DNA of 64,000 bases, from the NCBI GenBank assembly GCA_963802055.1, contig CAWDHC010000005.1, positions 859,168-923,167 of the forward strand, given 5' to 3'. Below, in pieces: positions 8,989 to 17,013 of this stretch. The notes beneath the pieces are model-generated. The model had not been told where the DNA came from. It searched no databases and saw nothing but the letters and a program-made list of their open reading frames with translations. This stretch comes from an uncultured Alphaproteobacteria bacterium. GTDB taxonomy: Bacteria; Pseudomonadota; Alphaproteobacteria; Sphingomonadales; Sphingomonadaceae. The first letter of the stretch is position 1. Every line of letters begins with the position of its first letter. Both the position numbers and the translations under genes were made by a program.

Positions 8989-10944
8989 ATGCCTTGGCAA
9001 ACATTCTGCTGCGACGTATCCAGAAACGGCGCGAAAGGGCAGCCGATAAAACGCAGCCGAACGCCGTTCACGACGATCTGATCACTGCGAATGGCAGTCG
9101 GCGCGTTGCTTATACTACCCAGTTTTATGCTGGCATTATGCGCGCCCAAAAACGCAGCCATATCATCCTGATCAATCCCGTCGCCCGATACCCCAAGCCC
9201 GCCAATGAGAGTTGATCCGCGATAGACAGGAACCGATCCGGGAAAAATCTGCATGCCATTTTGCAGACGGTTCTGGCCCGTTGCTGCATCCGGCGTGGTG
9301 GTGCAACGGGCTGGCGTGTCGGGGTTGCTGCCTAGTAAAAATCCAACATGGGTTTTGATATTGTCGACAATCAAAGCCGATTGCAGCCCGGTTGAAAATG
9401 GGCTGAAGCCATTAATATCACGCGAAAACGGCCCTGCCGGACGGGTAACTTCGCCATCAGGAAAATAGGGTCGGGATATGTTGGCGATGGCGCGGTTGCT
9501 CCATCCTGTCTGTCCGGTAAAAATAGCAGACGAACCAAAGAATATGCGCGCCTTGCCCAAAAACAGATTTACATCAGGATTGATGTTCGCAGCAAGATCA
9601 GATGCCGAGTTTGGGTTAGAGAAAAAAGCGGCAGTGCGGGCTTTTTGTAGTGATACATCCGTGCCGAACACCGGCGCATCAGGGCCGCGCACAATGCCGA
9701 GCACGGCGCCATGGCTATCAACCAGACTGATCGTCATTTGTGCGCGGCTGTCTGATGGGCGGCGTATCTGGCCGCGTGCGCGTGACATGATGGTGAAGGC
9801 TTCTTCGAGCAAGGCGGTCGCTTCTGCGGCGCTGAGCGGTGTGGTGACCGAGGCTGCGTCAGTCCCGGGGCGAATGGGGAAGCGGTTTGTGCCCGAACCG
9901 TTGGTCAACACATAGGCATCCCGATTGGAAAATTCGCTGGCCGTAGACGCGCGGATGCCCGATGCCTCCGCGCCAAATATGGTGCCGGCTAAGATAGCTC
10001 CGCTGGTATAGCCCGGCACGGCGGTCAGATTTCCGATGCTGCCGTTGATTGCGGCGAAGCTGGCGGGTGCGCCGCCGCGCAGGCCACTCGCGTCCGCATC
10101 GCTATAGCGCAGCAACGTGCCGTCCACGCTGATCCGCTCGGCGCGAATGTCAACGGGGGAAGAAAAATCCTGCGTGGCGGCCAAGGCGATGAATTCTTCA
10201 TCATCCTGATCGACATTCAGGATGTCGGGATCAAATCCATAGACCCCGTCTGCCATGATCCCGACGCCGCCAACCACCGCACCATTTTTATATAGCGGAA
10301 AGCCTCCTGCATCCGCCGCCAGCCCCAGCGGGGAGCGCTTCGGACCGATCAGGGCGGCGCTTCCCAAATTGCCAAACCGCTGGCTCAGATCAGAACAGGG
10401 CAGCTGGCTGAATTGCACACCATAAAGCGGGCCACTTTCCAAACCGGTCGTGGATGGGGCCGGGGGAAAATGCTGCTGCACAATCTGGCTTGCGGTCCGG
10501 GTGGAAAAAGCATTGCCGGAGCTGGAGAGATACGCGCCCGTTATTGCCTTTGCGATTGCCCCGGCAACGGCGGCAGGAGCAGGCAGGTTCAGCCCTTGCA
10601 ATTCCGTATTGAACGAAGCTCCGCCCGGTGCATCGGGTATCTTGAGCCCCAAATTCGCGCCGTTCATCACGAACACGCCCAGCACATTGCCCACGCGGTC
10701 CACCACAGCGATGGTTGCGGGCAAGTTGCGGGCTTGCGCCTCTGCAACAGCGCGTGAAATAACCCGTTCAACATCTGATACCGATAATGCTTCTGCCAAT
10801 GGGTCCGCAAATAGCCGCCCTGCTGAAGGTGGCGGCGGTGGCGGCGGTGCTCCCGCCGCCGGATGAGCCGCTGCTGCCACCGCCGCCGCAGGAGCTGACG
10901 ATAAGCGCGCAACTGGTAATGATAGCTGTCAGGTCTTTGCGCAT
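8985..10944 (-). CDS. Heme-binding lipoprotein with two GlcG/HbpS-like domains; apparent +1 frameshift at ~10851-10854
   Basis: ATG 10944 with GAGGT RBS gives MRKDLTAIITSCALIVSSC-GGGGSSGSSGGG (lipoprotein signal). The body is in the +1 frame (APPPPPPPSAGRLFADP...) with two repeats such as TIAVVDRVGNVL..AKAITG..GGFPLYKNGAVVGGVG and TISLVDSHGAVL..QKARTA..GSVPVYRGSTLIGGLGVSGDG. Span is 653x3+1 nt. Confidence 0.8.
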
Positions 10945-10946
10945 AG

Positions 10947-12332
10947 TTACCTCAGTGACCGAATTGAGCGGGAAGCTGCGCCTAATGCGCTGCGGAAATC
11001 ATCAGGACGATAGCCATTAGGATCGCGCACCGCATCATAAGCTTGTTGGACATTAACCCGGATGCCCGCTGCGGCACCTTGCGTGACCGTACCAGAGCGG
11101 ACGAGCGCACTCAGCAACGTATCCACCGCCATCACCGCCTGTACCGAGCCTTCATAATCGGTGAAGCGGGCGGAAATGGCGTTGCCGGATATCGTCTCGA
11201 TAATGGCAAAGGCTTGAGAGCTGCCGAAGCTGCCGGAGGAAAATGCGTTGGCGAGATTGTCAGATGCACTTGCCAGCTTGCGGGCAGCAGCAACAGCCGA
11301 GCCACGATCTAACGCGAGCGCTGCGTGGAAATTGCGGCTGGCGCTTTCAAACTGCCCTGCTGATTCCGGCGCGACAACGCGGGCTGCTGCCGAAAGCATG
11401 ATGATATTCTCATCGTTGAAGGGCGGCATGCCCTCTGGAATGGGCCGGCCAGGATTGCCCACGCCGGTTTTTACCGCTTCTGCCTGATCGTAAATTCGGC
11501 GGTGACAGCTATGGCAGTCGAAGAAGTAAAATTCAGGGAATACACCTTCTGTTCCGCGCCCAGGGATGGCGTATAATTCGAGCGCCCGCTTCAGCGACAA
11601 TGCCTGACCAATGGCCCATAATTGCACGTTATCACTGCGGCGTTTTCGGGCAACATAATCGCCGTCTTCATCATGATGTTGTTGCAATGTCGAGAATAGA
11701 TCTAGCTCAAACGAAATACGCGGATGTCCTGCTGCCATGATCCGGTGGTTAACGAACTGGCCGGGGCGGTCGCTGCCGAAATGGCAATCCAGACAGACGG
11801 CAGCGCGGGTCTTTGGATTGTCGAGCGGGACCATGCCTCGGGCGACATTGGCGGCATGTGAATTGCCCACCGCATAATGGCTGGCAATCCAACCCGCTGC
11901 GCCGCCATGGCAGGATTTGCAACCAACGCCGTCGTTAAGCTGTTTGCCGTTCGCTCCGGGGTCCGCATGGCAGCCAAGGCACATAGGTGCAGAAGTGGCG
12001 CTGCCAATGCCTAATACACGCGCTATTTGGGCACTACGTTTGCTTGAGAGAACAGAGAAGGCCTGACTATGCCGCCCAGCGGGGGAAGATGGCTCTTGCC
12101 AACGCAGCAATTCATCTTGGCGAACCACCTCGCCATCTGCCTCAAACCGGCCGTGACAGGTCGAGCCCGCGCAAGAGGCAACACCGAGATGTTGATTGCC
12201 ACCTGCATCGGCAAATGCCGGGGGCAAAATGGCGAAGGCCATTGCCACGAGGGCGCAAAGACACAATAGCAATTGGGCGGCCAGCTTGCCGCTGCTTCTT
12301 GCAAAATTCTGGCTGTGACTATCGTCAGCCAT
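10947..12332 (-). CDS. Exported cytochrome c554-like multiheme protein (4 CxxCH + 1 CX4CH)
   Basis: Signal peptide ending AFA. Motifs CAGSTCH, CLGCH, CKSCH, CLDCH, CHSCH, then a helical C-terminal half. Confidence 0.8.
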   Translation of the reverse strand: MADDSHSQNFARSSGKLAAQLLLCLCALVAMAFAILPPAFADAGGNQHLGVASCAGSTCHGRFEADGEVVRQDELLRWQEPSSPAGRHSQAFSVLSSKRSAQIARVLGIGSATSAPMCLGCHADPGANGKQLNDGVGCKSCHGGAAGWIASHYAVGNSHAANVARGMVPLDNPKTRAAVCLDCHFGSDRPGQFVNHRIMAAGHPRISFELDLFSTLQQHHDEDGDYVARKRRSDNVQLWAIGQALSLKRALELYAIPGRGTEGVFPEFYFFDCHSCHRRIYDQAEAVKTGVGNPGRPIPEGMPPFNDENIIMLSAAARVVAPESAGQFESASRNFHAALALDRGSAVAAARKLASASDNLANAFSSGSFGSSQAFAIIETISGNAISARFTDYEGSVQAVMAVDTLLSALVRSGTVTQGAAAGIRVNVQQAYDAVRDPNGYRPDDFRSALGAASRSIRSLR

Positions 12333-12350
12333 TTACAGTGTTCCCTATTC

Positions 12351-12372
12351 ATCATTGCCGGATTATTGCCGG
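12351..12372. repeat. 11-bp direct repeat x2 (atcattgccgg / attattgccgg) in the leader of the multiheme operon
   Basis: 10/11 identity, 11-bp period, between the predicted promoter and ATG 12332. Confidence 0.6.
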
Positions 12373-12404
12373 TCTTGGTGTGACCCACTGCGAAATAAAA
12401 ACTG

Positions 12405-12433
12405 ACTATCCAGACGAATGCGCCGTATTTCAA
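12405..12433 (-). promoter_or_regulatory. Putative sigma70-type promoter of the multiheme operon
   Basis: Minus strand TTGAAA (12433-12428), 17 nt, GATAGT (12410-12405), about 70 nt upstream of ATG. Confidence 0.45.
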
Positions 12434-12434
12434 G

Positions 12435-12468
12435 CCCTTTAATATCGCGGCCCCTTTAATATCGCGGC
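12435..12468. repeat. Perfect 17-bp tandem duplication ccctttaatatcgcggc x2
   Basis: Identical units at 12435-12451 and 12452-12468, directly upstream of the putative -35 box. Confidence 0.9.
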
Positions 12469-12482
12469 GGAGCCAATTTCGT

Positions 12483-13838
12483 TTAGACCACACCAAATGC
12501 CAACATAGCATCTGCAACTTTTTTGAAACCAGCGATATTTGCCCCGCGTACATAATCACAATGGCCGCCGCCGATCTGCCCGTATTTGACGCATTGGCCG
12601 TGAATTCCGTCCATAATATCGATCAGCAATTGTTGCAGCTGGTCTTCTTTCCAGGAAATCCGAGCGCTGTTCTGGCTCATTTCCAGCCCTGAGACAGCGA
12701 CACCGCCAGCATTTGCCGCCTTGCCCGGTGCGAATAATATTTTGGCAGCTTTGAAAATATGCACACCGGCAAGGTCCGTTGGCATATTCGCGCCTTCACT
12801 CACCGCAATACAGCCATTTTCAACCAGCATTTTAGCGTCATCTCCGAGCAGCTCATTTTGCGTGGCACAGGGCAAAGCAACATCGCATTTCACGCCCCAT
12901 GGGGTTTTCCCTTCATGATAGCTGGAGCCGGAAAACGCATCAACATATTCACTAATCCGGCCGCGCCGGACATTTTTAAGGGCTTTGATCCAATCAATTT
13001 TTTCCTGCGATATTCCGTCGGGATCATGAATAAAGCCACCGCTATCAGACAGCGTCACAACCTTGCCGCCCAGCTGTGTTACTTTTTCGGCGGCATGGGT
13101 GGCTACATTGCCTGATCCCGAAATAACGGCTATTTTACCTTCCAGATTATCGCCTTTGGTTTTTAGCATATTGGCTAGGAAATATACCGCGCCATAACCA
13201 GTCGCCTCGGTTCGGATCAGCGACCCACCATATTCCAAGCCTTTGCCCGTTAATACGCCTGTAAACTGGTTGGTGATGCGTTTATATTGGCCGAACATAT
13301 ATCCGATTTCGCGCCCGCCTACGCCAATATCGCCCGCTGGCACATCAACATCCGCGCCGACATGACGGTATAATTCGGTCATGAAAGATTGGCAGAACCG
13401 CATAACCTCATGGTCGCTTTTGCCTTTGGGATTGAAATTCGATCCTCCCTTTGCTCCGCCCATGGGCAAGCCAGTTAGTGCGTTTTTGAAAGTCTGCTCA
13501 AAGGCCAGAAATTTTAAGACGCTTTCCGTTACCGAAGGATGGAAGCGGATACCGCCTTTATAGGGGCCGATCGCATTGTTGTTTTGAACGCGCCAGCCGC
13601 GCTGAACACGGACATTGCGATTGTCATCTTCCCAGCATACTCGAAATGAAATGACGCGGTCGGGCTCGGCAATGCGCCTTAATATTTGTTCCCGGTGATA
13701 GCGCTCTTTATCTTCGATAAAATCAAAAATATCCTCTGCAACTTCTTGTACAGCCTGAATAAATTCAGTTTGCCCCGGATTTCGCTTTGCCACGCCCTGC
13801 ATAAATGTTGGCAGGTCTACATGTTCTGTTTCAGCCAT
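12483..13838 (-). CDS. gdhA: NADP-specific glutamate dehydrogenase
   Basis: GPYKGGIRFHP, LPMGGAKGG, DVPAGDIGVG, ATGYG, GSGNVA, EGANMP, PGKAANAGGV. Confidence 0.95.
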   Translation of the reverse strand: MAETEHVDLPTFMQGVAKRNPGQTEFIQAVQEVAEDIFDFIEDKERYHREQILRRIAEPDRVISFRVCWEDDNRNVRVQRGWRVQNNNAIGPYKGGIRFHPSVTESVLKFLAFEQTFKNALTGLPMGGAKGGSNFNPKGKSDHEVMRFCQSFMTELYRHVGADVDVPAGDIGVGGREIGYMFGQYKRITNQFTGVLTGKGLEYGGSLIRTEATGYGAVYFLANMLKTKGDNLEGKIAVISGSGNVATHAAEKVTQLGGKVVTLSDSGGFIHDPDGISQEKIDWIKALKNVRRGRISEYVDAFSGSSYHEGKTPWGVKCDVALPCATQNELLGDDAKMLVENGCIAVSEGANMPTDLAGVHIFKAAKILFAPGKAANAGGVAVSGLEMSQNSARISWKEDQLQQLLIDIMDGIHGQCVKYGQIGGGHCDYVRGANIAGFKKVADAMLAFGVV

Positions 13839-13905
13839 AACCTATCCTCTTCCTTGCTTTCAAACTACATAAAACATGCGGAGCGAACCCGGATTTCCAT
13901 ACCGA

Positions 13906-15342
13906 TTATTGGTTTCTCCTGATGACCAGATTGCGAATTTCAGTCATATCTTCCATCGCAAAGCGTATGCCTTCACGGCCCAGTCCTGAATCCTTGACGC
14001 CGCCATAAGGCATGTTGTCTACGCGGTAGCTGGGAACATCATTGATAACGATGCCGCCCACATCCAGCCTGTCCCAAGCGTCCAGCGATTTGAACAAATC
14101 GCGGGTAAAGATGCCTGCCTGCAAGCCAAATTTGCTGTCATTTACTTCATCAAGCGCGGCATTGAAATCGGTGAAGCGTGACAATATGGCCAGTGGGCCA
14201 AATGCTTCTTCGCGGTTGGCCTTGGCATCTCGCGGCACATTTTCCAGCAATGTCGCCTGCAACATCGCGCCCTCGCGCTTGCCGCCGCATAGCAATTTTG
14301 CGCCCGCTGCTATCGCTTCTTGTATCCAGCCATCCAGTCGCTCGGCCTCACTTACTGCGATCATCGGCCCGATGAAAGTATCGCGTTCTTTGGGATCGCC
14401 TGAAATCAACGTGCTTGCCCGCGCTGTCAGCATGTCTCGGAAACGGTCATAGACGCTGTCATGAATGATAATCCGCTGCACCCCGATGCAACTTTGACCG
14501 GATTGGTAGAATGCGCCGAAAATTACGCGCTCCAAAGCGTCCTCCAAATCCGCATCGGCATCAATGATAACGGCTGCATTGCCGCCCAGTTCCAATACGA
14601 CTTTCTTCTTGCCTGATTTCGCTTTCAGCGCCCATCCGACATCCGGCGAGCCGGTAAAGGATAGCAGCTTGAGGCGGTCATCTTCGGTGAACATATCTGC
14701 ACCATCCCGGCTGGCGGGCAGAATGGAAAAAGCGCCTTCGGGAAGGTTGGTTTCAGCCAATATCTCGCCCATGATAATCGCGCCCAACGGGGTCCGGCTG
14801 GCGGGTTTCATCACAAACGGGCAGCCGACCGCCAGGGCAGGAGCAATTTTATGCGCGGCCAGATTAAGCGGAAAATTAAACGGAGAAATGAAGCTGCACG
14901 GCCCGATAGGAACGCGTTTCCACATCCCTTGATAGCCTTTTGCCCGCGCCGAAATATCGAGCGGCTGCACTTCGCCGGTCATCCGCACGGATTCTTCGGC
15001 AGCAATGCGGAATGTGTCAATCAGGCGGGAAACTTCACCTTCGCTATCCTTAATCGGCTTGCCTGCTTCAACGCACAAAGAATAAGCCAGCTCGTCAAAT
15101 CGCTCCTTGAACCGAGCGACGCAGTGCATCAACACATCTTGCCGCTCATAGCTTGCCATGCGCGCCATCGGCTCTGCTGCGCGGACGGTGCCCGCGATTG
15201 CCGCGTCAATTGTTGCCGCATCTGCCTGTGCAACGCGAAAGGCCACTTCTCCGGTAAATTTGTCTGTCACCGCCAAATCCGCATTTGGCTGATGCGCCTT
15301 GTTGTTCAAATATAACGGATATACGTCTTTTAAAATGCTCAT
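13906..15342 (-). CDS. Aldehyde dehydrogenase, ALDH21/RNP123-like (candidate NADP+ succinic semialdehyde dehydrogenase)
   Basis: PFNFPLNL, MKPASRTP, FTGSPDVG, LELGGNA, catalytic QSCIG, EAFGP, PYGGVKDSGLGREG. Subfamily assignment is from recall, not a search. Confidence 0.85.
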   Translation of the reverse strand: MSILKDVYPLYLNNKAHQPNADLAVTDKFTGEVAFRVAQADAATIDAAIAGTVRAAEPMARMASYERQDVLMHCVARFKERFDELAYSLCVEAGKPIKDSEGEVSRLIDTFRIAAEESVRMTGEVQPLDISARAKGYQGMWKRVPIGPCSFISPFNFPLNLAAHKIAPALAVGCPFVMKPASRTPLGAIIMGEILAETNLPEGAFSILPASRDGADMFTEDDRLKLLSFTGSPDVGWALKAKSGKKKVVLELGGNAAVIIDADADLEDALERVIFGAFYQSGQSCIGVQRIIIHDSVYDRFRDMLTARASTLISGDPKERDTFIGPMIAVSEAERLDGWIQEAIAAGAKLLCGGKREGAMLQATLLENVPRDAKANREEAFGPLAILSRFTDFNAALDEVNDSKFGLQAGIFTRDLFKSLDAWDRLDVGGIVINDVPSYRVDNMPYGGVKDSGLGREGIRFAMEDMTEIRNLVIRRNQ

Positions 15343-16989
15343 AATTTGGCGCTTAGCTCTTTGATTTCATGATTGAGGATGCGGTCGTTTTCGCTGTAAT
15401 CAACCGGGCAGTCAATTAAATGAACACCGGGCGTATCCCGGCAATGCGCCAGTAGCTCGGTTAGATGCGTCGCACTTTCTGCACGGTAGCCATTTGCGCC
15501 ATAGCTTTCGGCGTATTTGACAAAATCCGGGTTGCCATAGTTCAGCCCCCAATCGGCAAAACCCATATTGGCCTGTTTCCAGCGGATCATGCCATAGCTA
15601 TCGTCCCGCAGGATCAGCACGGTCAGGTTCAGCCCAAGCCGAACCGCCGTTTCCATTTCCTGGCTGTTCATCATAAAGCCGCCATCGCCGCAGATCGCCA
15701 TAACTTTACGGTCCGGATATACCATAGCCGACATCATGGCAGACGGCAGGCCCGCGCCCATAGTTGCCAGCGCATTATCCAGCAAAACTGTATTTGGCTT
15801 ATGCGCGGTATAGCCGCGGGCAAACCAGATTTTGTAAACACCATTGTCGAGGCAAATGATACCGTCGCTGGGCATGCAATCACGCACCTGTTGCACCAGA
15901 TGGGGCGGGAAGATGGGGAAACGGGCGTCGCCTGATAAGCTATCGGTATGGGCGACTTCCGCATTGCGATAGGCGATCATGTCATCACATTTCCAGCTTC
16001 CGCTTGGAACAATATCTTCTTTCATTTGCCAAATCGCATTGGCTATATCGCCGATGATTTCGACGCCGGGAAAGTAAACCGGGTCAACCTCTGCGGTCTT
16101 GCTGGAAATATGGATGACCTGCGCGCCGCCGGCCTTCATAAAGAACGGCGGCTTTTCGATTACATCATGGCCAATATTGACGATGCAGTCGGACGCTTCC
16201 ACGGCGCGGTGGACGAAGTCTCCTGCCGAAAGCGCCGCGCATCCCAAGAATTTTGGATGGCGTTCATCGATCACACCCTTGCCCAGCTGGGTCGTGAGAA
16301 ACGGGATGCCGGTTTTTTCGATAAACTGCAGCAGCATCCGGCTGGTCATTGTCCGGTTCGCCCCTGCGCCAATAACGAGCACCGGCGCTTTGGCATTTTC
16401 TAACGCCTGCACCGCCGCGCGCACCGCTTTGGGGTCTGCGCTGGGTCGGCGCGAAACACTGCGCTTGATTGGCACGGCATCGGTTTGTTCGTCGGCTATA
16501 TCTTCTGGCAATTCGATATGCACAGCCCCCGGCTTCTCTTCCTCAGCCAACCGAAACGCTTCACGAACGCGGCTGGGGATATTATCGGATGCCGCCATTT
16601 GGTGTGTATATTTGGTAATCGGACCCATCATCGCAACTACATCGAGTATCTGGAAACGCCCCTGCTTGGATTTCTTGATCGGCTTTTGTCCGGTGATCAT
16701 CATCATCGGCATCCCGCCCAAAGTGGCATAGGCCGCAGCCGTCACCAAATTGGTTGCGCCTGGACCAAGTGTCGCCAAGCACACTCCAGTCTTGCCGGTA
16801 TGGCGCCCATAGGTCGCAGCCATAAACCCAGCTCCTTGTTCGTGCCGGGTCAGGATCAGCCTGATCTGTTTCGACCGCGAAAGGCTATCCAAAAAATCCA
16901 GATTCTTCTTCGCCAGGCACTCCAAATATATATTCAACGCCTTCATCTTCGAGGCATTTGATAAACAGGTCCGATGCTTTCTGGCTCAT
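15339..16989 (-). CDS. ThDP-dependent enzyme of the acetolactate synthase-like family; apparent +1 frameshift at ~16905-16908
   Basis: ATG 16989 gives MSQKASDLFIKCLEDEGVEYIFGVPGEE, then the +1 frame continues NLDFL..RHEQGAGFMA..GPGATN. ThDP motif GDGGFMMN..N. Span is 550x3+1 nt. Confidence 0.85.
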
Positions 16990-17013
16990 GACTTCCCCTC
17001 TGTAAGCTGTGTA

